DNA from: Camelus ferus
Taxonomy: Eukaryota
Assembly: GCF_009834535.1 (NCBI RefSeq)
Contig: NC_045696.1
Location: 119,972,001-120,036,000, forward strand
Length of the DNA: 64,000 nucleotides
Direction of reading: 5' to 3'
The first letter of the stretch is position 1. Each line of letters opens with the position of its first letter. The notes under the pieces were generated by a model, which was not told where the DNA came from, searched no databases, and worked only from the letters and a program-made list of their open reading frames with translations. Positions 12,503 to 24,984 of this stretch are shown in pieces. Both the position numbers and the translations under genes were made by a program.

Positions 12503-12632
12503 GGGGTGAGGGTAGAACTCAGCGGTGGAGCGCTTGCTTAGCATGCACGAGGTCCTGGGTTCAGTCCCCAGTACCTCCATTTAAAACGGCAGAAAAAGAT
12601 TAAAATGGCAAATTTATTATTAAAAAAAAAAA
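12503..12632 (+). mobile_element. Vic-1-type SINE with atypical tail
   Basis: tRNA-Ala head, A12 tail, TSD agatgcc(t/c)tcct. Confidence 0.9.
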
Positions 12633-12639
12633 AGATGCC

Positions 12640-13112
12640 CTCCTCATTGTTCCACTTACTGTGTCTCCCAAAACCTCTTAGCTTCAAACCATTGCTTTAT
12701 TTTGCCTATGAGGTGGGTCAGGAGTTTGGAGAGGGCTCCATGGGGCTGTTCTCTCGGGAGTCGTCGGGTGCAGCCACAGTCGGAGGTCGGCGGGGCTGCC
12801 TGAGGAGGCCCACTCCCAGGTCTGGCAGCTCTTGGCTGGGGGCTCCACTGGGGTCGTCAGCCCGGGTGTCTGCATCTGACCCCCGCCCCAACAGGGTGGT
12901 CCAGGCACTCTGACCTCCTCGTGGCACCTGGCACCCCACTGTGGGCACCCCCAATGACTGGGTGGGAGCTGGGCAGCCTTGGGGGTCCCAAGCAACACCC
13001 CTCATCTGCTACTGATCCAAGCCGTCAGGAGCCCACCCAGATTCAAGAGGAGGGGCCCCGGACTCCGTCTCCTGCCAGGAGCAGTGCTGCAGCCCCATTT
13101 CAGAAGCGCCTC
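12640..13112 (-). mobile_element. MLT1-family (MaLR) LTR remnant
   Basis: cccaaaacctcttagcttcaaac...gggtcaggagtttggagagggctc...cccacccagattcaagaggagggg. Confidence 0.6.
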
Positions 13113-13853
13113 ACTCTGCAGTGGTGATGCAGACAGAGACAGTGACTCATTCTGAGCCCCGCAGGAGGTCCGTTCGTTTACTTCACAAACAACCACCTGT
13201 CATAGTGCCTGGCTGGGTTGCTTTAATGGTTAACCAGCTGGCAGAGCAAGGACTTTGATCAGTGCTCCTGGTGACCCTTAAAAAAAGCCAGCAGCAGTTA
13301 CAGCAAGATGGAGCAGTTTTTAGCGGCCCTGTGGGTCTTGCTGTAGGGAATTCTTTGCAGCTTTGCCCATTTCTTAAATGCTTTGAGAGGAAATTATACC
13401 GTGGCTTCAGTGTCTTGTTAGAGAAGATTAGTGAAGCCTAGAGCCCACCAGTATGGGAGCTCAGCAGACACTTTATAAATTCAGGGGGAAGGTTCTCAAG
13501 CCCCCTGGGCAGTGCTTGATGCACTGTTTTCTCCCCGCCACTGGTTTTGCTGGTGTCCCCGCTGCAGACACAGGGTCCTGGTATTGCATTGCATTTGCTG
13601 GAAATTGGATCTCCTCCCCTAGTTAGGACTCCTTAAAGCAAACCAAACTTTAACGCCGTGAAACATGGGATCAAAAAAGGCACAGGAATGCTTGTTTGGG
13701 AGCTGATAGAGACTTAAAAGCCTGGGCTTGAGCATTCAGGACGGCTGGATTTGAACGCGCCTTCTGCCTTTTCAGAAGCTGTGCAGCCTTGGCAAGGATT
13801 TTAGCTTTTCTGGATTTTTAATTTCCTTCTCTCTCAATTGGAAGGGCAAGGCA

Positions 13854-14005
13854 GGGGAGGGTGTAGCTCAGTGGTGGAGCACGTGCTTAGCATGCAGGAG
13901 TTCTTGGGTTCAATCCCCAGCGCCTCCATTAAAATAATTAAATAAGTAAAACCTAATGCTCCCAATCCCCAAAAAATCCTAACCAAGCAAACAAAATAAA
14001 TAAAA
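13854..14005 (+). mobile_element. Vic-1-type SINE inserted in a MIR remnant (about 13720-14095)
   Basis: ggggagggtgtagctcagtggtggagcacgtgcttagcatgc...gggttcaatccccag plus aaacctaat tail. Confidence 0.9.
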
Positions 14006-15059
14006 TCAGAAAGGCAAGACCTGTCTTGCAGGGCTGTTAAGGATGAAACAGGTGCTGTTTTTCAGGTCCCTGGCATGGTACCTGGCATCTAGAACATCCA
14101 TTCAGCTTTGATCCTTGCCTTTCTAACCGCTTGCCGTTTACTGGGGGACACTTACGTGAAAGTCACTGCTACGTATTGGAAGCTGAGTCTCCGCTGAGCA
14201 TTGCGTCAAGTGGCTCACGGGGTTTATCCCCGAGTTCTCGCGACAGCTCTGGAGAACGTTGATGAGAAGTGGGTGGGGGCACTGAAAGATCTGTTCTTGC
14301 TGGTCACACAGCCAGTGGGTCCAGGAGCCAAGGTTTGAATCCCAGAGACTGAGGCTGGAGCCCGTGCCCCGAAGCAGCTGGAAGATGTGTGTTGCTGGGG
14401 GTGGAGGATACGTATTCTGAAGTCCCCACTGAGGCTGGTGAGATGGAAGGATGCTGACTGAGGACTTGGGGGACCAGGTTTTCAGTCTGTATCCTGACGC
14501 TTACCCTTGGGAGAGGATTCAGTTACCTCCTCTGTGAAAGGGAGCCTCTGAGCTGCGTGGAGGGCAGAGGCTTTGCCAGCCCTAATGCCGCAAGACTGAG
14601 ATTTGGATTGGAATCTTGCCGAAGGAGTCGTCACCCTCAGCCTTGATGCGGGGGCAGTACAAAGCTTTGGCCAATCCCCGCTGCAGTAACTTACGATTTT
14701 ATTTTTATTGAAGCAGTGCTTGGACGTAGTTGAAGAAAAGCCTCTGAGACAATGAACGTCCTCCACCTCGTTCCTTCCCAGCCCCAGTTCTGTCTGCTTC
14801 TAGAAGCAGCCACTTGTCACGTTTATAGCCATTTCTTCTGGTGGATTCTCCGTGTCTCTTAATGTTTAGGGTGGGTTTTGAATTTGGTTCTTTTGCATTC
14901 TTGTCCTCCTCTCTTCCCGTTCTGTTGAGCAGGAAGTTTTTCCAAGGGGAGCAGGTCGGGCTTGCTGGGGGGCTGGGTACCATCCACAGAGGCTGCACTG
15001 TCCCATCCCAGGGGCTCCCCAGGGCTGGGCTCCGGGCTCCCTAAACTGCCCTGATTGTC

Positions 15060-15218
15060 AACTGCGGGTTCATTGTAAACTGGACCTTGTATTGCATAAC
15101 AACATGCGGGTGGCTAGGCATTACCCCGATAAACATGCATATCAGTTGCATAATCTGTCTCAAATCTAATAGTTGCCAAATTTGGGAAAAAAGCGGGTCT
15201 TGAAGTTGAGGGAATACG
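15060..15218. mobile_element. Possible Tc2-type (MER104/Kanga-like) DNA transposon end
   Basis: Reverse complement cgtattccctcaacttcaagacccgctttttt resembles the recalled Tc2-family terminal repeat; highly diverged. Confidence 0.35.
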
Positions 15219-16916
15219 TTAAGCCTCTCTGCATAAACATGGAAATGGTTCACTTGTGGCTGAACACAGTACAGTGCTGCGATGTCAGCCGTTCTGCCTC
15301 CTCTCGCACAAACAATCCGGTGGGTTTCAAACATGTGCTGGCCAGTGAAAGAAAAGGCAATGGGTCCCGTCAGCCTTCCTAGCTCTGTGTGTGTATGTGT
15401 GTGTGCATGTGAGCGTGTGTGTGCTGGGGGGCTGGTTACGTAACCCCTACCCCTTCCCTAGGGCCCCTGAGGACTGACTCTGGTGCCTGCAGATTAGAGG
15501 GCTGCGGGTTTTTCCTTCATGGTGCTCTGGACCTTGGGCTCTTAAATACCTTTTTTGTAATTGGTTAAATTCCATCCTGGTGGCTGCGGCCTGTGTAGCA
15601 TCCACAAAAAAGACGAACTGAAAATGAGTCTTTTCCAGATTGGCAGACATTCTACGACATAACCGCTTTGTATCATTCGGAAGTGTCAGGCCACGGACGG
15701 CAGGGCTGTCCCAGGCTGAGGGGCCAGAGAGGGAGGCTGGCAGCTGGAGTCAGAGTCCGAGCCCTGGCCTGGGTGCTGGGCCAGGAAATGTATTTCTTTT
15801 CCTTTGCTGTACAAGCCTTTGGTGGGACGAGGGATGCCATTCAAATAAAGTCATAGAACAGATCATTAGCCTTGTGTCACTGGGAGTTCTCTGATTTGGA
15901 TCATCGCACAATGGTTATGTAAGAGACCGTCCTCATCTGTAGGACACACACACTGAAGTCTCTCAGGGTGAAGGGACATCACGTCTGCATCTCACCCTCA
16001 TGTTCTCCAAGTCTGAAGTTATTTTAAATGAGGAAGTTTAAAGAAAAGAGCCTTCTCCTCATTCCTAGACCTGTCGACTGCCGTAAATCAGCCTCTGCAT
16101 GGCTGGGGAACCTTGACCTTGGCCAGCGCTGCAGGAGTGGGTGCTGTGTGGTCCCATCCCGCAGGACGGCTGTGGAGGGGGGACTGAGTGCTCATCTGCT
16201 TGTTTGGAGACATCCTGCAGTCAAATCAGAGTTCTGAATCGGAGCCTTTCCGCCTGGGAGGAACGTGGTTCCCCCTAGTCCTAAAGCAGCTCCAAGACCC
16301 TTGTTCACCTCGGAAGAGGGAGGCTTGCAGCCGGAACCCAGCTGACCACCGTCTTCCCTGCTTTCCTTTCCTCCTCTCTCGGCGGAAAGGACCTCTGGTG
16401 GCTCAGACCCGGGTCAGATGGTGCAGCGCTGTGGGACGAGGAGACACGGCTGGCTTTGTCCCCAAAGCTGTCACGCTGCATAAGGTCTGCCCTGCGGTCT
16501 GCAGCCGGGCGATGCTCACGCGGGGCTTAGATTCCCCTGCACTTGGTCCCAGACCACACAAACAGTTTAAATAAAAGGCTGGATTTCCTGAAATGCTGAA
16601 GGACTCTTTTATGGGGGCCAAGGGAGCGGGAGGTGTTGTAGAGCCTTGAATGCAGGGACACCCAACGTCTTAGTTGGCCCTGACCATCTGGGTCACACCT
16701 GTTGTCACAGTGTCGTTCAGCACCATGTGTCTCCTCCCTCAGAGGCGCCCTGGCTGGGGTGGTCATTACCTGGCTGTGTAATTGCAGAGTTCATCTCAGG
16801 AACCCGCATCATCCCTCCCTTCTCGGTCTCTCTGCCTGTGTCCCTGTCTCTCCCTCCTCTGGCTTGCTCCGCTCGGTCCTCTGCGAGGGGGTCTTGTATC
16901 AGGAACAGGGTGGCTG

Positions 16917-17053
16917 GGGCGGGGGGCAGGGGTATAGCTCAGGGGTAGAGCACGTGCTTAGCATGTAAGAGGTCCAGGGTTCAATCTCCAGTGCCTCTCT
17001 TAAAAAATAAATAAAAACCTAATTTCCTACTCCCCCCCTTCCCCCGCAAAAAA
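16917..17053 (+). mobile_element. Vic-1-type SINE
   Basis: ggggtatagctcaggggtagagcacgtgcttagcatg...gggttcaatctccag; aaataaaaacctaatt tail. Confidence 0.9.
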
Positions 17054-17669
17054 CCATGGTGGCACAGTCCCCGCAGAAGGTGAATTCAGAAGGTGGATTC
17101 GGCAGCCATCCCAGGAGGCCTCTGCCACTGAAGTCGGGGCTGGAGGTGGGAAAGCGGGGAGGCGGGAGGGAGGGAGTTAGGCACTGGTCCCCACCCTGAT
17201 TCTGAGTCTTTCAGCCTGGAGGCCCTGGTGTTTCCTCCCCTTTGTTTCATTTCCACGCGTGTCTCCATCCCTTTGGAGCTGATTTGACCAGGCTCCCCTG
17301 GTTGGATGAGACTCACCGAGGGGGGGGTGGGGCCTCGCGGTGCGGGGGGAGTGTCATGGTCCTTGTGGGGGGGGGTCCCAGCTCCCCGGAAGCTCCTGCC
17401 CTCCCCCATCTCCACCTCTGCTCCCCAGGCCCCGCTTTTGCCTCTGCTGCAGGATTCCCGGAGGTGAGATCAGATGGTCTGGTGCTCCTTCTCACGGGGC
17501 TGGGAGAGCCACCACCGTGGGCGCCCCGGGGGTAGAGGGGGTGGTGGGGCAGGGAGTCTGGCGCGATCCCTCCCCGTGGAGATTGGAGGGAAGTCCAGCG
17601 TCCGGGGGCTGGACCTGTGCTGTCTGGGATGGCAGCCCCAGCCCCAGCCCCATGGTGCATCTGTGTGAT

Positions 17670-17810
17670 GCTTTATTAATAAAGAAATCCAGTTGGCTGC
17701 ACTAACCACATTTCAGGCTTTTGTGTAGCCTCATGTGGCTAGTGGCCTCAGTGTTGGGCTACATGGATAGAGAACATCTCCGCTTGTAGAAAGTTCTACC
17801 AGACAGCACT
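17670..17810 (-). mobile_element. MER3-like fragment
   Basis: ccacatttcag...catgtggctagtggc...gaacat...agaaagttcta..agacagcactg. Confidence 0.65.
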
Positions 17811-18229
17811 GGGGACCAGGCTCCCTTTCCCCCAAGCACTGGTAAAGCAGTTGCTCTGTGTGTTTTAGTAGCTGCCGCAAGTGCTCCTAAGGAAGAGGTT
17901 GGATGGGTGAAAAGAAAACATGATCTGTAGCAACACGAAAAGCATTCCAGGTGCCTTAGACCAGGTCAGGAAGTTGGAATGTTTCTGGTGGTGCCTTTGT
18001 CTCGGAATTAGGGAACGTTCCTTCTCACAGAGACTTTACATCCATACTCTGGCCATTCTGCTGCCTCTGTTATAACTTTTGCCTTCTTCTGATTCTGTAG
18101 GTACTGTTTTCCCCACATTTTCCTTTACGTTGATTAACATTTTGACTTAAGTTTGTTTGAAAATGGGGCTTTGTGACTATAAGTGAAAAACCGTCAAAGG
18201 GAAATAACTTTGTTTAAAGCAGACTATTT

Positions 18230-18371
18230 TTTTTAAGTGTGTGTTTGTGTATGTGTGTGTGTGTGTATTTTTTTTTTTTTCTTTTGGTTAGTGGAGGTAC
18301 TGGGGATTGAACCCAGGACCTTGCACATCCTAAGCACGTGTCCTACCACTGAGCTGTACCCTCCCCTGCCC
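18230..18371 (-). mobile_element. Vic-1-type SINE with (GT)n-containing tail
   Basis: Head at about 18292-18371; TSD aaagcaga(c/t)t on both sides. Confidence 0.9.
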
Positions 18372-18829
18372 AAAGCAGATTTTTTATCGAAATGTATGGA
18401 CGTGCCCAATTTCTCAGGACATAGCTTGGTGACTTTCAGAGCTACGCTGCTCTGTTTCCAGCTCATTTATTGTTTTGCTCATCAGATTTAAGCAGGTTCC
18501 CTTCTCCCAGAAAGGCTCTGAGCTTGACCAACTCCCCCTTCCTTAAAAAGGAGATGAGGAAACAGTGAGCAAGAACTGGAGGTGCTCCGAAGGCTCATTG
18601 GCCCCAGAAGGAGGCTCTCCCCTTGGGAAAAATCAGAAGGAGTCAAGAAAGGCCGAGAAGGGAAGGATGCCTGCTTAGCTGTCGCTGAAAACATCCTGGG
18701 GTTTCCCCTGGGAGCAGGGCCTTTGCAGGGCATCCGAGGGGAAGGATGTGGTTGGTGCCATCCCGCTGGGTTCTCTTGGCACTCTTGTCCTCACTGAGCG
18801 CTTCAGAGAGCTTCTGTTTTCATGGGTCA

Positions 18830-19260
18830 CCGCTGTAACACCTGCCATGTTTGAGATGAAAATAGAGTTGGTTTAAAACCTTTCATGGGTATTAAAAATG
18901 ACAGTAATCAACCAATTACATGTCAACAGAAATAATATATCTTATCGAAAATAACTGTTTTCCCAAACCAAAAAAAAAAAAAAAAATCATGAGAAGAAAG
19001 CCGTTTTCAAGTTTTTGCAAGTCTCTTTGACATCTGGCTTTAATAAAAGAGCCGAAGTCTTGTGTGGGCTTCTGCATTCTGTCCTGTGGTGTCACATAGC
19101 AAGAAGTCTCTGGAAAACTCTACTGAATGCTTGTGAGGATAGAAGGTGAAAAAGGCAGGTTAAGTGGTTTTGGTCTTGCAGACTCCAAGGTCTCAGGGAC
19201 CCCTTCTCCCCTGCTGGCTCCCAGTCCCCCTGTTCCCTGGACCACACTTTGAGAACCACA
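18830..19260. mobile_element. Charlie1-like hAT transposon end
   Basis: tttttgcaagtctctttgacatctggctttaata...gcttctgcattc; terminus ggaccacactttgagaaccac. Confidence 0.65.
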
Positions 19261-19472
19261 GGTGGAGGGAAAGACAGCATGGGATGAAAGGACTAGATAC
19301 ATGCTCTGCACCCTGCCACTCCCATGCGACGACCTCAGGCCACTTGGGCACGGCTCCCCGGGACTGGGGACTGTCCCTCTTGCTGAGCCTGGGGAGTCTG
19401 TCTTACAGGGTCCTTGTGAGGCTCAGGCCATGCCTGTGACATCTTTCTATGAGTGGAAAGCAGTGTATTTAT

Positions 19473-20187
19473 TTATTTATTGTTTAATAGCTTTTATTTT
19501 TTAGATTTTTTAAAGCTTTTTGGGGAGGTAATTAGGTTTATTTATTTACTTGTTTATTTATTTATTTATTGTATATATATTTTTTTATTGAAGTATAATC
19601 AGTTTACAATGTTGTGTCAATTTCTGTTGCACAGCACAATGCTTCATTCATACATGAACATACATACATTTGTTTCCATATTCTCTTTCATCATAAGTTA
19701 CTACAAGATATTGAATATAGTTCCCTGTGCTATATGGTATAAACTTGTTGTTTATCTATTTTATATACATTAGTGTCTGCAAATCTTGAACTCCCAGTTT
19801 ATCCCTTCCCACCCCCTCCCCACCTTGGTAACCATAAATTTGTTTTCAATGTCTGTGAGTCTGTTTCTGTTCTGTAAATAAGTTCCTTTGTCTTTTTTTT
19901 TTTTTTTTTTTTAGAGTCCACATATAAATGATACTTTTCTTTCTCTTTCTGGCTTACCTCACTTAGAATGACATTCTCCAGGTCCATCCGTGTTGCTGCA
20001 AATGGCATTATTTTATTATTTTTTATGGCTGAGTAGTATTCCATTGTATAAATATACCACAACTTCTTTAACCAGTCATCTGTCTACTTGTTTGTTTTTT
20101 ATTTAATTTTTTGGGGGTTGGGGAATGGAACCCAGGACCTCGTGCATGCTAAGCACACGCTCTACCCCTGAGCTCCACCCTCCCCAG
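19473..20187 (-). mobile_element. Vic-1-type SINE split by an L1 3' fragment (about 19556-20084)
   Basis: Outer TSD gcagtgtatttat (19460-19472, 20188-20200); inner repeat tacttgttt (19547-19555, 20085-20093); the minus-strand ORF MWYIYTMEYYSAIK is the L1 ORF2 end. Confidence 0.9.
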
Positions 20188-21029
20188 GCAGTGTATTTAT
20201 AAATGGCATCCAAGGATCTTTGGAAGTTTGGTGTCACCTTTAATTGGTAGGATAGTTATTTTAAAAAACTGACATCCCATCCTAACCTCATTTGGTTCTG
20301 GGGACGCCTCTGTGAAGGGGACAGGCCACCTTTCTCAGCTGACAGGCGAGGTAATTGAGGCTTAGGTGAGTGAACTGGCCAGGGAACTGGCTGGTCCCCC
20401 GTGTGGTGACCTGCCTGTTTTCCAGGCACTGGCCGGTCCAGTGTAGCACGGCTTCTTGTCTGATTCAGGGCTGTATTTCTGACACACTGACAGAACACAC
20501 GAACAGGGAGACTCTGCCATCCTCAGCGATTCTTTGCTTGAATAAGTTGCCCTCAGTCTGAGTCACCTAATGGATGGGACACAGTTTTTAGACTTGAAGA
20601 TCTGCAGCCTCAGCCAGGCAGAGGGAGCCTTTAAGTGCTGATCTGAAAAAATCAGCTGGTGAACAGCCCCGGATGGTGCATGGCTTATTTTGTTTTTTGA
20701 CTGGCGAGAGGTCTGCTTGTTCTCCCGAGATGGGTTTGTGCTTGTGAGCGCCTTCCCTCCGCAGGGGCACATACTGCAGGGAGAACAGCTCTGTCTCCTC
20801 CCCGGACACTTCCGGAAGCAGCCCCCACTTTGATCTTGGGAGACACATTTGCTTATTATTGCTGGGGACAAAGAACCACGGTCCAGTCTTTTCTGGAACT
20901 AGGAAATAAGGCAAAAAGCACGAGTTTAGTGGCAAGCTGGCTTTCAGATGGATTGAGAGAAATGCTTAATGCAGGTGGGTTGAATTAAGCTCCCCAGACT
21001 CTGCTCCTTGTAAACATGGCTTTGTTGTC

Positions 21030-21560
21030 AGGGACAGCAATTGCCTGTATTTAATTACAGCGTTTTGTCACTGCATGGACTGTATGACGGGAGTCCAGTT
21101 CTGACTTGCTTAAACAAAACATAAAGCAACAGTGACAGTTTGGGGATGGCGGATTTTGTGTGTGTGTTGTTTTTGCTCTGGGGGAGCAGAGTACTGGGCT
21201 AGAGTGTAAAGCATGGCTGCGTCCAAAAGCTCAAAGTGTCTTGGGACTTCCTCCTTTGCTCCCTCCCTCCCTGCCTCTGGCAGGCTCTTACCTCATGGTG
21301 CCAAGGTGGCTCCCACCTGCTTCTGCTTTCATCCCCTCCTCTCACCCATCTCAGTGGAAAAAGTTCCTCTTTCTAACAGTTTCAGAAAAGTCCCGGAACA
21401 AACTCTTACTGATTCTGATGGGTCACGTGCCCTCTCTCAACCACCACTGAGACTAGGAGTGACCACGTCTGATTGGCTAGGCATGGGACCAGTTCTGGGA
21501 CTGGCGTGAGGCCCAAGAAAATCAGGGCTGTTAAGTTGGGCGGGCAGGAAAGATGTTTTG
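21030..21560 (-). mobile_element. Old MLT1 (J/K/L-like) LTR remnant
   Basis: catggtgccaaggtggct...gggtcacgtgccc...aacca...tctgattggctagg. Confidence 0.5.
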
Positions 21561-22134
21561 TGGGCTCCCACACCTCAGTAGTGTGGAGAATTGTGACTCA
21601 AGTAGCGATGATCCCTTGTGGAGTGGTAAAAGAATGAGGCCCCCCTGTTCTATCAGGGGGCAGGCTGGCTCTGTGTTTAGCTTTTAACGCATGCTGGATG
21701 AAGAGACTTGGTTGGAAATCAGCCAGCTGTGCGTCATCGTCCCTGCAACACGGCCTCACTAATACAGGGAGGTGCTGATGTTGAATCAAGTCTCTTGGGT
21801 TCAGTACCCTTGGATGGTCACACGCATAACAGGCTAGGGGTCACGAACCTGCCCACCAGCCTCACCTGAGGACCCCAGTCTACTCTTTGGTAAAACCCAG
21901 ATTTGATCCGGTCATGCCTCTGCTTAAAAATCCACCATGGAGTTTTACTACAGTTAAAAAAAAGGGCAGAAAACAAAATAAACAGAAAAACTCCTCACTA
22001 GTATCCCATCCTCCCAATCCCATCCCCATTTTTTTCTCCCCTAGAGGCAGTTTAATAGATTAGTTTAACATATTTTAGCTGATTATTTAGGCATTTATTT
22101 CTGTGGCTCTGAATAGTAGCTTTGTAATGGCTAC

Positions 22135-22617
22135 TTTTTTTTTTTTGAGTTCCCCAAATTTTAATGATTATTATCTTAGGGAGACTCTCGCACTTTTTTT
22201 TTTATATTGAAATGGAGTTGATTTACAATATTGTGTTAGTTGCAGGTGTACAGCAAAGTAATTCAGTTATACATATACATATATATATGTTCTTTTGCAG
22301 ATTCTTTTCCATTATGGTTTATTGCTGTGTGGCTACTTTTTTTGGTATGTAATTTTTTTAATTGAAGCATAGTTTACAATGTTGTGTCAATTTCTGGTGC
22401 ACAGCATAATGTTTCAGTCATGCATGTACATACATATATTTGTTTTCATATTCTTTCTCATTATAGGTTACTACAAGATACTGAATATAGTTCCCTGTGT
22501 TGTTTATCTGTTTTATATATAGCAGTTAGTATCTGCAAATCTTGAACTCCAATTTATCCCTTCCCACCCCCTTCCCCCACTGATAACCATAAGTTTGTTT
22601 TCTATGTCTGTGAACCA
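22135..22617 (-). mobile_element. Two tandem L1 3' fragments (about 22135-22325 and 22337-22617)
   Basis: Two L1 3'UTR termini separated and bounded by three copies of tg(g/a)ctactt. Confidence 0.85.
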
Positions 22618-23202
22618 TGTGACTACTTGATTATTTACTTTTCCTTCTTATCTGCCAACAACCCCGTGCGGAGGGTGGGGTTTCTGTCTCTTTCCTCCCT
22701 CCGTCCCCACCACGCACCCACTCTTCCCGTATCCTTTCCTCCCGGTAGGATCGCCTTCTGGTCAGCGTTGGGCAATGATGTTACTGCAGCTCGGAAAGTT
22801 CCAGTTCTCAGCCGAGCTGTCCAGGGAAGGATGGTTACCTCTCTTTTTCGTGGTACAACACTTCCTGCAGGTGTTTCTGACCACAGGCACCTGGGAAGTA
22901 AATTGAGACTTGCGTGGGAAACCCAGCCTGTCTCCCCCTTGCGCGTGGGATCAAGTTCAAACACCTCAATCTGTCACGTGTGCCATTCCTTCCTCCGGCC
23001 CCACCAGCCCTCCCGCCCTTTGCTCCTGCTGGTCCCTCTGTGTCGATGCCCCCTTCTCTGTCTGGTGAATCCCCCTCCCTTCAAGGCCTGACTTGGATGA
23101 CACTTTCTTTGGAGGCCTTTCCAGTCGTGCGTCTGCTGCGCAGTGTGTATATTGAAGTCTTAGTACTGATCACTACACTGTGTTTATTTACTGCTTGGGT
23201 TT

Positions 23203-23340
23203 AGTTTAAATCTTGGCTCTACCATTTCCCAGCTCTCTGACCTTGGGCAAGTTACCACGTCTCTCTGTGCCTCAGTTCCCTCTTTGTAAAATGTAACAGC
23301 TATCGCACCCACCTGGTAAGGTTGGTTGGTGGAATGAGAG
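23203..23340 (+). mobile_element. MIR fragment
   Basis: aaatcttggctctaccatt...tgaccttgggcaagtta..ctctgtgcctcagtt..tgtaaaatg. Confidence 0.8.
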
Positions 23341-23625
23341 CATCTCTTAATGTCTGCCCCTTAGGAAACTGCATCCCCCTCTCGAGTAGGGGCTGTTGGT
23401 GGATTATAGTCACTGGTGCCCTGAATAGCTCCTGGGAAATCAAGTCTTCCGGGGCCTGGGCGGGGGACTGAGTGAGCGAAGCAGGCTGAGGGTGGCTCTG
23501 GCACTGGGTGTGGGGGCTGGAAGGGACGGTCTTCGAGGGGTGTCTTCTCCCCTTCTAGCCGGTGGTTGCCGGGTAGGAATGAGGGCCCCATGTTCCCTGA
23601 TCATCTGATCAAAGAAATGGTCTCA

Positions 23626-23762
23626 GGGAGGAGGCTGTAGCTCAGGGGTAGAGTGCATGCTTAGCATGCACAAGGTCCTGGGTTCAATCTCCAGTACCTC
23701 CATTAAATAAATAAACCTAATTACCTCCCCTCCCCCCCCCGTGGTGGGGAAAACACACAAAA
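23626..23762 (+). mobile_element. Vic-1-type SINE
   Basis: Canonical head plus aaataaataaacctaattacctcccc tail. Confidence 0.92.
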
Positions 23763-24775
23763 AGTGGTTTCTTAACGAGAAATTTGAGAATCCACATTTT
23801 AAAGAAACAGACAGATTTTCCTGATGTTTAGTACACAGCACACAGGCCAGAGGCACCCAGCCTACTGGCCCATAGGCCACCAGTTTGGGGCCAGATTCTT
23901 ATTTCCCAGAGGAGCCCCTAAGCGATGGTGTGACCTGCCTTGGGTCACACACCGACCCTGGTTTTCCCACCTGTGGTCTGGATGTGGTGCTGCCTCCCCC
24001 GCCCCTCCAGCGCAGGGTGGTGGCAGTGAGGATTCAGTGGTGCGTGTGAGTGCACCTGCCATGCATCTGCCTACGCAGTGTAACAGCTCATTACCTCTGT
24101 CATGTCCGCTGCCCCTGCCCCAGAGCCACCCTGTTGGTGGTGTTTGATAGGATCATGGTCTCTTTTTATGCCAGAGGGGGAAAAAAATGGTGTGCATTTA
24201 TTGAGCACCTATGGTGTTCCCCGGGAACTGTTAGGGGTTTCAGCTTGGTGTGAACCCTCCCTAAGAGAGGGAGACGAACCATTTTAGAGGTCATAAGAAT
24301 GATTCGTAAAGAAGATAGCTGATCGGGGCCTCACAGAAAGAGGTGTTGCCAGGGTTGGATCCCTCTCCCTGATAAAAGTACTGAGCTTTCAACAGCAGGC
24401 CCCCTCCCACATCCTGGAGGTCAGGTCCAGCAGCAGCTCAGTGGGCCTTGCTCGTCCCGGGGCGGCCCTCGTGCATCTTGGGCGCTTCCTCCGGTGGACG
24501 AACCCTGTTTTGTTTTGTCTGCCACCACTGAGGCCATCTCACGTGACGGGAGACCTGGCTGGAGAGGAGAAATGGCAGAAAAAATTCAGAGGATGCTCAG
24601 GGATGTGGGGAAGGCCCACGGCCTGCGTCAGCAGAGGGATGGGGCCCAGGAGCCGAGAAACTCCTGTACGGGACAGAGGCCGCCTCCTCACACGCTGGAG
24701 ACCTGGCATTGCCAAACCCACCTAGAAAGCCCATGGCACCAGGTGATGTGGGGGATGGAATTAGAAGTGACTGGG

Positions 24776-24984
24776 AATATCTTGTAGTAACCTGTAATGA
24801 AAAAGAATATGAAGAATAACATATGTATGTGTGTGCATGACTGAAACATGATGCTGTGCACCAGAAATTGACACGGCATTGTAAACCAACTATACTTCAA
24901 GTGAAAAAAAATCTAATAAAATAGTTCTGCTTTAGAAAAAGTTTGAAACCCTGAAAAAATAAGTGAAAGTAACAACAACAAAAG
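24776..24984 (+). mobile_element. L1 3' fragment with a 3' extension
   Basis: Perfect TSD agaagtgactggg (24763-24775, 24985-24997). Confidence 0.85.
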
